From assembly GCA_050953085.1 (NCBI GenBank), contig JBMNLX010000005.1, positions 65,800-129,799 on the forward strand: a stretch of 64,000 nucleotides of DNA. Direction: 5' to 3'. A model generated the notes under the pieces. That model had not been told where the DNA came from and ran no database searches. It was given only the letters and a program-made list of their open reading frames with translations. This DNA is from Bacilli bacterium. Lineage in GTDB: Bacteria; Bacillota_I; Bacilli_A; ML615J-28; CAG-698. Shown in pieces: positions 20,338 through 29,129 of the stretch; positions within the stretch are counted from its first letter, which is position 1; every line of letters starts with the position of its first letter. A program made the position numbers and the translations under genes.

Positions 20338-20366
20338 TTCACTTATGGGCCGAAATCCGTTATAAT
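20338..20366 (+). promoter_or_regulatory. Putative sigma-A promoter for yigZ (TTCACT-17-TATAAT)
   Basis: The -35 and -10 hexamers are correctly spaced, 16 nt upstream of the ATG. Confidence 0.4.
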
Positions 20367-20381
20367 AAATATGGTGATTTC

Positions 20382-20960
20382 ATGTATATTCTTGCCCAAG
20401 CGACGTCGTTTGAACAAATAATTAACCGCAGCCGTTTTATTTGTTATCTGTATCCGGCAAATACGGCCGACGAGGCGGCGGAGCTTTTAAAACAGATAAA
20501 AAAGCGCCATTATGACGCCACGCACCACTGTTACGCCTATATTCTCGGCGAAACCGGGGCGACCGCCAGGAACAACGATGACGGCGAGCCGGCCGGGACC
20601 GCCGGCGCCGTTATCTATGAAGTGTTAAAAAAAAATGAACTCACGAATACCTTGGCGATTGTGGTCCGTTATTTCGGGGGCATTAAACTGGGAGCGGGCG
20701 GATTAATCCGAGCTTACGGCGGCACCGTCGCGAAAGCGATTGAGACCGTAAATAAAATTAAAATTGAAAAAACCATTTCTCTAACCATTGAAGTCGATTA
20801 TGCATTCTACGATCAAATAGAAAAAAATCTGGAACCGTTCCAGACCGAAAAAATATTTTCAGATAAAGTTATCATTAAGCTAAAAGTTCCCGAAAATAGA
20901 AATGAGTCTTTGACGCGAGAATTAACTAATATCACGGGCGGAAACATTAAGATCTTATGA
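20382..20960 (+). CDS. yigZ: YigZ/IMPACT-family protein (UPF0029)
   Basis: The sequence 'IINRSRFICYLYPANTADEAAELLKQIKKRHYDATHHCYAYILGE' matches YigZ family motifs. Confidence 0.8.
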   Translation: MYILAQATSFEQIINRSRFICYLYPANTADEAAELLKQIKKRHYDATHHCYAYILGETGATARNNDDGEPAGTAGAVIYEVLKKNELTNTLAIVVRYFGGIKLGAGGLIRAYGGTVAKAIETVNKIKIEKTISLTIEVDYAFYDQIEKNLEPFQTEKIFSDKVIIKLKVPENRNESLTRELTNITGGNIKIL

Positions 20961-21230
20961 TTCTTGTTCCGCCTTTTCTTGTTTTTCTTTAATGAACCTT
21001 CTTCTGGTCGCTTCGCCGCCCCGGATGTGCCTGACGGATTTATTATATTCCAGGAGATTTCTTACTTCTAAAAAAAGATTTTTATTTAATAAAGGGAGCC
21101 GTTCTGTTAAATCCTTGTGAACCGTGCTTTTCGAACAATCCACCTTTTTCGCAACGCCCCGAACCGTGCTTTTATCGGCTAAGAAAATTTCAGCGGCTTT
21201 TAGAACTCTCAGCTTGATATCATAATCCAT
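20955..21230 (-). CDS. spoIIID: Sporulation transcriptional regulator SpoIIID
   Basis: The sequence 'MDYDIKLRVLKAAEIFLADKSTVRGVAKKVDCSKSTVHKDLTERLPLLNKNLFLEVRNLLEYNKSVRHIRGGEATRRRF' matches B. subtilis SpoIIID closely. A GGAGGT Shine-Dalgarno precedes the ATG at 21230, so the longer track ORF start is unlikely. Confidence 0.85.
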   Translation of the reverse strand: MDYDIKLRVLKAAEIFLADKSTVRGVAKKVDCSKSTVHKDLTERLPLLNKNLFLEVRNLLEYNKSVRHIRGGEATRRRFIKEKQEKAEQES

Positions 21231-21335
21231 ACTTCTTACCTCCACGCAATACAATATATGCATACCTTGATTAGATTATGAAATCAAAAAATATTCCAAA
21301 GGAATAATGCCTATTGAATTATCTCTTCGACGCGA

Positions 21336-21364
21336 TTGACTTTTACCTCGATTTAATGTATACT
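21336..21364 (+). promoter_or_regulatory. Putative sigma-A promoter (TTGACT-17-TATACT) for the ABC-like operon
   Basis: It has consensus hexamers and spacing, about 35 nt upstream of the ATG. Confidence 0.4.
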
Positions 21365-21397
21365 TAAAATAACTTATAAGAGAGGAATAGCGCGTAA

Positions 21398-22279
21398 ATG
21401 TCGGTTCTGGTGTGCGAAAAAATCACGAAAATTAGAAAAAAGCAACCCTCGATCCGGAATTTCAGTTACAATTTTCTCGACAACCAAATTTACGCGGTAG
21501 TCGGAAAAAGCGATTCCGGAAAGGAATTGCTTCTTGAGATTTTATCCGCCAGGACCAAAGCCGACTCGGGCAACATATACCTTGACGGCGAACCTTTCCC
21601 GAACAACAGGAAAATGAGCGGGCGGTTGTGTTACCTTGCCAACGATTCCGAATTTCCCGGTCATTTGCGCGTGAAAACTATTTGCAGGATTATGGAGTCG
21701 TTTTATCCCAAGTGGGATAACGGGTATGCGTATGAACTGCTTGATTTTTTTAAATTTGATCCGGGGAAAATGTTTAAAAACCTGGAAAAGAATCAAAAAC
21801 AATTATTAATCGGGATTCTTGGCCTGGCTTCCAGGGCGAACGTTACGGTGCTGAACAATCCGCTCGACAGCGTCGATATCAAGGACCGCTTTGAATATTT
21901 TAATTTTTTATACGACCATCACCTGCGCTACCCGCGCACCGTGATAATTTCAACCAACCATATCGACGAACTTGAGTCCATCGCCGGAAGGATTTTATTT
22001 CTCGACAAGGGAATCTTGTTCGAAAACTTCACGGTTGAAGAAATCCGCGATAATTTTCGCTATTTAAGCGGGAAATCGGAAGTGTTGCGCTCGCTTGTTT
22101 CCAACATAAAGATTATCGGCTACGAGGAAAGGGATAATTATTTGACCGTATGCGTCCCGCGGCGGCTCTCAAAAGACGAGACAAGAAAATTTCAAAGATA
22201 CTTGATTAACATATCGGAAGTCCCGGCGCATAAGGTCTTTATTTATCTTGTTAATTTACGCGAATTAAAAGGAATATAG
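21398..22279 (+). CDS. ABC-transporter ATPase-like protein with degenerate nucleotide-binding motifs
   Basis: It has the ABC fold. Walker A is 'VVGKSDSGKE', with E in place of S/T. The signature motif is degenerate ('LEKNQKQLL'). Walker B is 'VLNNPLDSVD', with no catalytic Glu. The H-loop 'STNHIDE' is retained. Confidence 0.55.
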   Translation: MSVLVCEKITKIRKKQPSIRNFSYNFLDNQIYAVVGKSDSGKELLLEILSARTKADSGNIYLDGEPFPNNRKMSGRLCYLANDSEFPGHLRVKTICRIMESFYPKWDNGYAYELLDFFKFDPGKMFKNLEKNQKQLLIGILGLASRANVTVLNNPLDSVDIKDRFEYFNFLYDHHLRYPRTVIISTNHIDELESIAGRILFLDKGILFENFTVEEIRDNFRYLSGKSEVLRSLVSNIKIIGYEERDNYLTVCVPRRLSKDETRKFQRYLINISEVPAHKVFIYLVNLRELKGI

Positions 22280-22280
22280 C

Positions 22281-22940
22281 ATGAATGTAATTCAATCGAT
22301 AAAGCTTCGTTATTTTACTTACCGGCTTTTTTACGTTTCTTTTCTTATTTTGAATTATCTCACGGCCGCCGTTGTTATGTTTGCCTTTAAAGATCCCGGC
22401 CGCCTGGCGCGTCATTTGACCGTCGGATACATAATCGCGTCCCTGATATTCAGCTTTTTGCTGGGTATTTACGAATATCAGGTTCTTTATCCCAAATATT
22501 TGAATTTAAGCAATATTAAACGCGATTTTTATTGGGGTTCGCTGTTGGGAAATATTATCAATTCCGTTGTCCTCGTTCTTAATTTTCTTATTTTCTATGT
22601 TTTCATCAACTCCCTTGTCGCTAACGAAATTACGTTTGTATTCCCTTATAAAACTTCGGTGTATTTTTTTTTCGGGGAAGCGTTGTGCCTCGCTTTTGTC
22701 GGGGCTAACGTTTTTACGGTAATGCTGAGAAAACTGGTCTTTGTTATTAAAATATCGCTTTTGGTCGCGATCGGTTTGTTCGGATATTATTTGCCGGGAA
22801 TAATAAAATTTTGGGATAATAATATTGTGGAATACATGACACGCATAAACGCGAGCGTCCGCTTGTTATTAATCGTCTTGAGCGGAAGCGTTCTACTATA
22901 CGCCGTTTTTTACTACGCTTTCTTTAAATATCGAAAGTAA
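22281..22940 (+). CDS. Integral membrane protein (~6 TM), probable ABC-2 type permease partner
   Basis: It is hydrophobic throughout and translationally coupled, with its ATG 2 nt after the upstream stop. Confidence 0.5.
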   Translation: MNVIQSIKLRYFTYRLFYVSFLILNYLTAAVVMFAFKDPGRLARHLTVGYIIASLIFSFLLGIYEYQVLYPKYLNLSNIKRDFYWGSLLGNIINSVVLVLNFLIFYVFINSLVANEITFVFPYKTSVYFFFGEALCLAFVGANVFTVMLRKLVFVIKISLLVAIGLFGYYLPGIIKFWDNNIVEYMTRINASVRLLLIVLSGSVLLYAVFYYAFFKYRK

Positions 22941-23066
22941 ACTAATAATAAAAAAAGCGCCGGCTTGTTTCCGCGCTCCTGTTTATAAGCAAAATAAAAA
23001 CTACTTTTACGGCTTATCCTAAAAAGTAGTTTATCGGCTGTCTTTATCTTTGGATAAAGACTTTTT

Positions 23067-23768
23067 TTATTGAAGAATGCCGGGTAGTTCGTCGACTTTT
23101 TTCCCAAATACGAGTTCTGGATTAATTTCAATATTATTGTATTTGAATTGGAAATGAACGTGATTCCCGGCGGAGCTGTCGTATTCGTTGGTGCCGCTTG
23201 TGCCGATGACCGCTCCTTGTTCGACTTCTTCGCCTTCGTTAACTGTGATCGAACCTAAACTCATATACTCGGTGACGATACCGTCGCCATGATCGATCGT
23301 CACGCATTTACCGTACACGGGACTGTCGGTTACCTTGCTCACCGTGCCGCTCAAACAAGCGACAACTTCAAACTCTTGGTCATTTATTGCGTAAGAAACC
23401 CCTTTGCTCATATAATATTTGGACCCGAAAACAATAATCGATATTAATTGATCTTCGGACGGGGAATCATAACTCCAAAACTTCCTTACTATTTCAAATT
23501 CCGTGCCCTTGTGCGGCATAATGACCGTCTCGTAAACGACATCGTCATCGTCGTCATCATCGTCGTCGTCGTTATTTTGGGTGGGTGGTTCTATCGGTTT
23601 TTCTTTAGGCTCCAGAAGATTTAATGAAATAAAAAACACGCTAAAAACCAATATCAATACGCCAATAAAAAGAAAGCGTTGCGCTTTTTCCTTGGACATT
23701 TTATTAATCCAATTCTTCAAAATTATCACCTCGCTTGTATTATTTACAACGCGGTGATAATTATACAA
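23067..23768 (-). CDS. M23/LytM-family peptidoglycan metalloendopeptidase, membrane-anchored, with a poly-Asp tract
   Basis: An N-terminal TM helix is present. The tract 'NNDDDDDDDDDD' is encoded by a (GAY)n repeat. The C-terminal LytM motifs are 'TIDHGDGIVTEYMSLGS' and 'GTSGTNEYDSSAGNHVHFQFKYNN'. Confidence 0.8.
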   Translation of the reverse strand: MYNYHRVVNNTSEVIILKNWINKMSKEKAQRFLFIGVLILVFSVFFISLNLLEPKEKPIEPPTQNNDDDDDDDDDDVVYETVIMPHKGTEFEIVRKFWSYDSPSEDQLISIIVFGSKYYMSKGVSYAINDQEFEVVACLSGTVSKVTDSPVYGKCVTIDHGDGIVTEYMSLGSITVNEGEEVEQGAVIGTSGTNEYDSSAGNHVHFQFKYNNIEINPELVFGKKVDELPGILQ

Positions 23769-23780
23769 AAAAATATTTAC

Positions 23781-23999
23781 TTATATTACCGAGGCGATTC
23801 TTTCGATGACATAAATAAAGGCAAAAGCTGTTAAAAATGCCATTAAAAAACTAATCAAAGTCATCAAAAAACGGATTTGCCAAGTTGATGCCCGGTGAAA
23901 AAGATTTGAAAACTTAAGAGCCATTAAAGCCCGGTAATTAAGGGGCACCAAAACAATAATAATAAACAAAAACCACATCGTAAGGATTTTGTCAAACAT
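23781..23999 (-). CDS. Small membrane protein (72 aa, 2 TM), hypothetical
   Basis: It starts at the internal Met of the 133-aa track ORF: 'MFDKILTMWFLFIIIVLVPLNYRALMALKFSNLFHRASTWQIRFLMTLISFLMAFLTAFAFIYVIERIASVI'. The upstream extension would overlap pduO. Confidence 0.35.
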   Translation of the reverse strand: MFDKILTMWFLFIIIVLVPLNYRALMALKFSNLFHRASTWQIRFLMTLISFLMAFLTAFAFIYVIERIASVI

Positions 24000-24486
24000 G
24001 TTTTTCCTCCGCGTATCTGGCCATGACAAACAATAAATCGGACAACCGATTGACATATGCGATAACGGCGGACGCGACTTCCGCCTGCCGGGAATAAGCC
24101 ACGATTCTTCTTTCCAAACGCCGCGCGACAACGCGGGCGGCGTGGAGAGAATTTCCCGAAAGCGTCTCTCCCGGCAAAACAAAATCGGTCAAAGGCGCTA
24201 TCTTCGCCTGATAATAATCGATTTTGTTTTCGACGCGGCTCACGCTCTCGGCGGTGATTTCCCCGTCTTTTCCCAGCAAAGCGCCGCTTAAGGATCTCAG
24301 CTTTCCGACAAGTTCTAAAAGTTCGTCTTTTAGCCCGCTATCCTTTTGATGATGCGATGCCGCCATAATCGCGACCGCCAATTCGTCAATCGCGCCCAGG
24401 CACTCGATAATAATATCGTCTTTATAAACGCGACCGCCGATGATATCTGTTTTCTTGTCATCGCCTTTTTTCGTATATATTTTCAT
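23992..24486 (-). CDS. ATP:cob(I)alamin adenosyltransferase, PduO type (YvqK-like)
   Basis: The sequence 'MKIYTKKGDDKKTDIIGGRVYKDDIIIECLGAIDELAVAI ... VAYVNRLSDLLFVMARY' matches PduO-type ATR. Confidence 0.85.
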   Translation of the reverse strand: MKIYTKKGDDKKTDIIGGRVYKDDIIIECLGAIDELAVAIMAASHHQKDSGLKDELLELVGKLRSLSGALLGKDGEITAESVSRVENKIDYYQAKIAPLTDFVLPGETLSGNSLHAARVVARRLERRIVAYSRQAEVASAVIAYVNRLSDLLFVMARYAEEKHV

Positions 24487-24546
24487 TATACCCTCCGGGT
24501 CTATAACCCGAATATATTATAACACGACAACGCCGTTCGCACAATA

Positions 24547-25743
24547 TTACCTTCGCCGACCGCGCGAAATGCCGATATCGATTTTTCTCTTAGAGTAAGT
24601 CGCGTTCACGGCCAAAACAAAAGCAAGCGCGAACCACACGAGATTTAAGTTAAGCAGATTGTGATTGAAGAGCGCCTCGACCGCGACGACGAGAAGAATC
24701 AAAGCGAAAAACCAACGAATACGCGGACTCGCATTCAAAAGCAACCGGATAATAAAATAACCGAGCAAGAGCAAAGCGGCGAGCATCAAAACTCCCGACT
24801 CGGCAAGCAGCTGCAAAACAAAATTATGACTTTCCAACCCGACGCCGGTATAAGCGGCAATTTCGGGAAGAACATTGCCGATCCCGACGCCGGAAAAAAG
24901 ATTGCGGAAGAAAATACGAAGCGCGGCGAGGGCGAGCGCTATCCTCTCGCCGGAGAAAATACTTGAAGGCGTCCCGGTCGGTCCCCCTTCCGTCGGAATA
25001 ACCGGACCGCCGGTATACGGGAAAATCCGATCTAAATCGATAATCCCGTGAATCGTTCCCCAAAACTTTACAGCAGTGTTATAAAAGATGAAATAAATAA
25101 GAATAAACGCGGTGACGGCGGCGGCCGCGACCCAGTTTTCGCCTTTGCGCGAGTAATAAAAAAGCATAAATACCAAAATAACCGCGGACCCGATATAACC
25201 GGAGCGGGAAACTGTCAAAAACACGCCGAAAACGATCAGGACGCGAAAGGCGATTAGGAAAAACGCGCGCGTGATTGTTGGCTTCCGGGGATTGTATAAA
25301 GATATTGCTAAGGTCGCGTTTAGGGCGAACGCGCAAACATTCGGATCAAGCAAAAGACCCGCGGGACGCATATTGGCGACGTCTAGAACGTAATGGCCAT
25401 AAACCATTTCGGCGACCGCGCTCACGGCCAAAAGCGCGCCTCCGAGAACGACCGCGTTTTTTATCACTCCAAGCAAGTCTCTTGTTTTCGCAAAATACGT
25501 AAATATGAATAAAATGAAAATATTCACCGCGTAAATCATGACGCGAAGCAAAAACTGATCGCGGTTAAAATTAAATAACGAAGTTAGCAAATTAACTATT
25601 ACAACGATTAATAGCGACCCGATAAGATAAATATTTTCCCTGGTAGTGATATATAACAACGATTTTTCTTTATAGGCGTCAATCGCGATTTTGATGATTA
25701 AAGCTAACGCGATAATCAATTCGTAAGAAAACTTAAAACTCAT
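24547..25743 (-). CDS. O-antigen/EPS polymerase or ligase-like membrane protein (Wzy/O-antigen ligase family); the annotated start probably truncates the N-terminus
   Basis: It has about 10 TM helices and a large periplasmic loop, which is typical Wzy-like topology. It is the last gene of the polysaccharide cluster. See the finding on the A6 tract for the start-site issue. Confidence 0.6.
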   Translation of the reverse strand: MSFKFSYELIIALALIIKIAIDAYKEKSLLYITTRENIYLIGSLLIVVIVNLLTSLFNFNRDQFLLRVMIYAVNIFILFIFTYFAKTRDLLGVIKNAVVLGGALLAVSAVAEMVYGHYVLDVANMRPAGLLLDPNVCAFALNATLAISLYNPRKPTITRAFFLIAFRVLIVFGVFLTVSRSGYIGSAVILVFMLFYYSRKGENWVAAAAVTAFILIYFIFYNTAVKFWGTIHGIIDLDRIFPYTGGPVIPTEGGPTGTPSSIFSGERIALALAALRIFFRNLFSGVGIGNVLPEIAAYTGVGLESHNFVLQLLAESGVLMLAALLLLGYFIIRLLLNASPRIRWFFALILLVVAVEALFNHNLLNLNLVWFALAFVLAVNATYSKRKIDIGISRGRRR

Positions 25744-25889
25744 GTAAAAGACGAGCGGCAGATTAGCGACGATCGATACCGCGTATAGACCGATAAGCCA
25801 TTTTTTGTTTAAGGAAAATAAATATTATTGGAAGGATCAATAATAGCGCGGCCAGGATATTTGTGACCGTCATGTTGTCGGCCAAAAGT

Positions 25890-26990
25890 TCATATTCGCC
25901 CGTTAGCATCGGATATCACCCGTTCGTAAAGTTTTTCGTATGATAAAACCAATTTCCCAATATCATACAGTTTGGCTTTTTCGATATTCCGTTTTGATAT
26001 CGCTTTTAACTTCTCCCCATTTACCAACAACTCGCGAATGGCGCCGGCAAAAGCGCTTATATCGTTACAATCGTCGATTAAATAGCCGTTTGCGCCATCC
26101 GCCACCAAATCGGGTATACCGCCGGTTTTGCTCGCCACGATCGCGCATCCCGCAGCCATTGCTTCAAGCAATGATAAAGGCAAACCCTCGTATACCGAGG
26201 GAAACAGAAATATATCGATTTGCGCGTAGTAATTTTCCGGTTTATCGGTTCCCCTGATTAAAACGGCGCGATCGCCAAAATCTTTTATCTCTTCTTTTAT
26301 GAAAGATAACAAGGAACCGTCGCCGACAAGCAGCAGGCGCAGATTCGGAAATGTTTTAAGCAAGTTTCGGTAGACGGCAACGATGACGCGATGATTCTTG
26401 ACCGGCTCAAGACGGCCAACATGACCGATAACGATATTCCCTTTTCCATCGCGCGACGGCGCTTGAAATCGATTGACATCGACGGCATTATATATTAACT
26501 CGACGCGATTATCCGGCAAACAATAAACGTCAATGATGCTCTTTTTTATGTACGGGGAAATCGCCACCGGAATGACCCGACCTTTGCGATAAAGAATACC
26601 CAAAAGCTTTCGCTTAAACGACCCGTATTCCAAATTAGCCAGGGTATGCGCCGTATGCACGGCGATTTTTTTCCGAAACATAAAAAGATACGGCAACAAA
26701 TACGTCATCCCGCCGACGTTCCCGTGTAAAACATCGGGAGAAAACCGCCACAGAAGCGCGGTAATTTTGATTAACGCCAGCGGACCGAAGCCTTCTTTTT
26801 TGTTCATGTAACGGATTATTATCGGCAATTTTTCGATTTCCGACTCGATAAACGTGCCGGATTTTTTGCTTAAGACAATCAGCAATACCTGGTATTTTTG
26901 ATAATTAAGCCGCTTCAGCAAATTTAATATAAATATTTCCGCGCCGCCTATTTCAAGACATCCGATTGTAATCGCCAGTTTGATCATCAA
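25890..26990 (-). CDS. Glycosyltransferase family 4
   Basis: It has the GT-B fold. The E-x7-E motif reads 'EGLPLSLLEAMAAGCAIVASKTGGIPDLV'. Confidence 0.85.
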   Translation of the reverse strand: MMIKLAITIGCLEIGGAEIFILNLLKRLNYQKYQVLLIVLSKKSGTFIESEIEKLPIIIRYMNKKEGFGPLALIKITALLWRFSPDVLHGNVGGMTYLLPYLFMFRKKIAVHTAHTLANLEYGSFKRKLLGILYRKGRVIPVAISPYIKKSIIDVYCLPDNRVELIYNAVDVNRFQAPSRDGKGNIVIGHVGRLEPVKNHRVIVAVYRNLLKTFPNLRLLLVGDGSLLSFIKEEIKDFGDRAVLIRGTDKPENYYAQIDIFLFPSVYEGLPLSLLEAMAAGCAIVASKTGGIPDLVADGANGYLIDDCNDISAFAGAIRELLVNGEKLKAISKRNIEKAKLYDIGKLVLSYEKLYERVISDANGRI

Positions 26991-28047
26991 TAACCCTCGA
27001 ATAAAAACGCAATATCTCCGCCGCGGACTTCTTCAAAGAAAATTTTCGCGCCGTCTTAACGGCTTCGGTCCTAACTGCTTCCAAATTGCGAATATTGTCT
27101 ATCACGGCCGTGATTTCCATATATAGCCTGTTAGGTTTATTCTCGATAATAAAACCGTTTTTACCGTGCGCGATAACTTCTTTCCCCCAATCGCTCGTTA
27201 TCACGATTAACCCGCAAGCCATCGCTTCCAAGAGCGCCAAAGGAAAGCCTTCGTATAAGGACGGCAAAACAAATATGTCCGCCCTTTTTAAATAATAATC
27301 AACTTTCGCGGTACAATCGATTAATTGCACGTTCCCGTTCATGCGGTGGCGGCGGATATATTTCAATATTTTTGGTTTGAGCCGCCCCGCGCCGATTAAA
27401 ATCAATTTGGCTTCGGGGTATGTTTTTAAAACCTTTCTGAATTCGGCAATAAGATACCCGTGATTTTTTACGGGAACAAATCTTCCGACATGACACACCG
27501 TAACATGGGGATGCGCGACCGGCTCATAGTTAAACGTCATCGTGTCGACGCCGTTATTAATAACGGTTATATCCGAACGGGGGTAGAGAGAGACAAGCTT
27601 AGATTTGATATTGTCCGAGACGGCGATTAATTTAACGTGTTTTCGATTATATAACGGGCGGTATAACAGCCTCCTGATGAAACCGGAATCAACTTGCGGG
27701 ATAGTATGAACCGTATGCAGCCAAATAAAGTCCCCGCGCCCGAAAAGGCGATAAAAATATATATAATCGGCCGCTTTTAGATGACTGTGAATAATGTCGG
27801 GGCGAAAACGGTTCATCGCTTTCCGTAATCTCAAAAATACAAAAGGATTAAAAACCGGCAGGAAATCACCGAAATAGGTGACGTCAATGCCGCGTTTTAA
27901 CGCTTCCCGGTCATAAATCGAGTCGTAATTTCGCCTGATCACGAATAGCTTTATCCGGCATTTTTTATTTAGCAATTTAGCCGTATCAATGACCGTTTTT
28001 TCGGCGCCGCCAACCTCCAAGGACGTTATTACAATCGCGATTTTCAT
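26953..28047 (-). CDS. Glycosyltransferase family 4
   Basis: The motif 'YEGFPLALLEAMACGLIVITSDWG' is present. Confidence 0.85.
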   Translation of the reverse strand: MKIAIVITSLEVGGAEKTVIDTAKLLNKKCRIKLFVIRRNYDSIYDREALKRGIDVTYFGDFLPVFNPFVFLRLRKAMNRFRPDIIHSHLKAADYIYFYRLFGRGDFIWLHTVHTIPQVDSGFIRRLLYRPLYNRKHVKLIAVSDNIKSKLVSLYPRSDITVINNGVDTMTFNYEPVAHPHVTVCHVGRFVPVKNHGYLIAEFRKVLKTYPEAKLILIGAGRLKPKILKYIRRHRMNGNVQLIDCTAKVDYYLKRADIFVLPSLYEGFPLALLEAMACGLIVITSDWGKEVIAHGKNGFIIENKPNRLYMEITAVIDNIRNLEAVRTEAVKTARKFSLKKSAAEILRFYSRVIDDQTGDYNRMS

Positions 28048-29129
28048 TATACCCCTTCGATTATTTTCTGCATTTCCTTTATCGTTATCGCGACGTCATA
28101 CTGCCGCGCCGTGTCGAGCGCGTTATTATGCAACTCTTCTTTATTTTGTGCGAAAATATATTTTTCGATTTTCACCGCCAAATCATAGCTGCTCCCGAGG
28201 GTAGTCAAAAAGCCGTTGTATCCGTCAATGACGACATCCTTGGAACCAACGGTATCGGCCGCAATAATTATTTTCTTGGAAGCAAGAGCTTCAACTAGAG
28301 AAATCGGCAACCCTTCGCGATAAGACGGCAAAACCACGCAGTGGACGCCGCGCAAGATTTCATTAATATCATGACAATAACCCAAATACTTAACGATTCC
28401 CTTTTTTTCGTAACGGCGAACCAACTCCCGGTCGACCGTTGAGTTTTTGCGATAAAACGCGCCGGCGATCAAAAAGCGCGTTCCCGGGAAACGCCTTTTG
28501 ATTAATTCCGCCGCCTCCAAATATTCGATTACTCCTTTTTCCTTGACCAACCGGCCGATAAAAATAAAAGTCAAAGGGCGGGAAAAGTCAACGTAAGGAT
28601 AGAAATTTTCCAAGTTCACACCCTCGCCTTTGATAATCGAGTGTGATTTTTTTAAAATTTTTAGCTTGGTGAAATAATTATAATCATCCGCGTTTAAAAA
28701 AACATAATGATCAACTTTTTTGGAAATAAGCCGGTAAAATAAAATAACGAAGCGGGACATAAGCGTGTTTTGGGTCAACGCCGAACTAACGCCGGTTACG
28801 ACATTGATAATTTTCGCCTTTCTCGGCGCGACCAAAGTCGCGTATAAATGCGGTTTTATCGTGTAATTGATAATAATATCCGGCCGGATTGTCCGGAATA
28901 TTTTCCTGTATCCTAGCAGGAGTTTTATTTCCTGCGTCAGTCTGGTCCCCGTATTATCGATATCAACGGCAATGACATCGACGTTTTCTCTTTTCAAAAA
29001 CTGAGTGTGCTCGTCAAAACCCGCGATGACGTAAACTTGATATTTCTCCCGTAATTTTTTAATTAAGTCCAAGCGGAACTTGTAAGCGGCAAAACAGTCA
29101 TTGCAATTAATAATGATTTTTTTCTTCAT
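28047..29129 (-). CDS. Glycosyltransferase family 4
   Basis: The motif 'REGLPISLVEALASKKIIIAADTVGSKDVV' is present. Confidence 0.85.
   Translation of the reverse strand: MKKKIIINCNDCFAAYKFRLDLIKKLREKYQVYVIAGFDEHTQFLKRENVDVIAVDIDNTGTRLTQEIKLLLGYRKIFRTIRPDIIINYTIKPHLYATLVAPRKAKIINVVTGVSSALTQNTLMSRFVILFYRLISKKVDHYVFLNADDYNYFTKLKILKKSHSIIKGEGVNLENFYPYVDFSRPLTFIFIGRLVKEKGVIEYLEAAELIKRRFPGTRFLIAGAFYRKNSTVDRELVRRYEKKGIVKYLGYCHDINEILRGVHCVVLPSYREGLPISLVEALASKKIIIAADTVGSKDVVIDGYNGFLTTLGSSYDLAVKIEKYIFAQNKEELHNNALDTARQYDVAITIKEMQKIIEGV

Noticed and set aside
21231-21300. Possible sigma-E promoter upstream of spoIIID (ATATT ... CATATATT)
   Set aside because: The spacing between the -35-like and -10-like elements is ~29 nt. 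That is far from the 13-15 nt expected for sigma-E, so I make no call.
23781-24182. Full 133-aa track ORF overlapping the pduO-type adenosyltransferase gene
   Set aside because: The N-terminal 61 codons overlap pduO in another frame and look non-protein-like (Arg/Pro-rich). Only the distal 72 codons, from MFDKIL, form a plausible 2-TM protein. That part is kept as a low-confidence feature.
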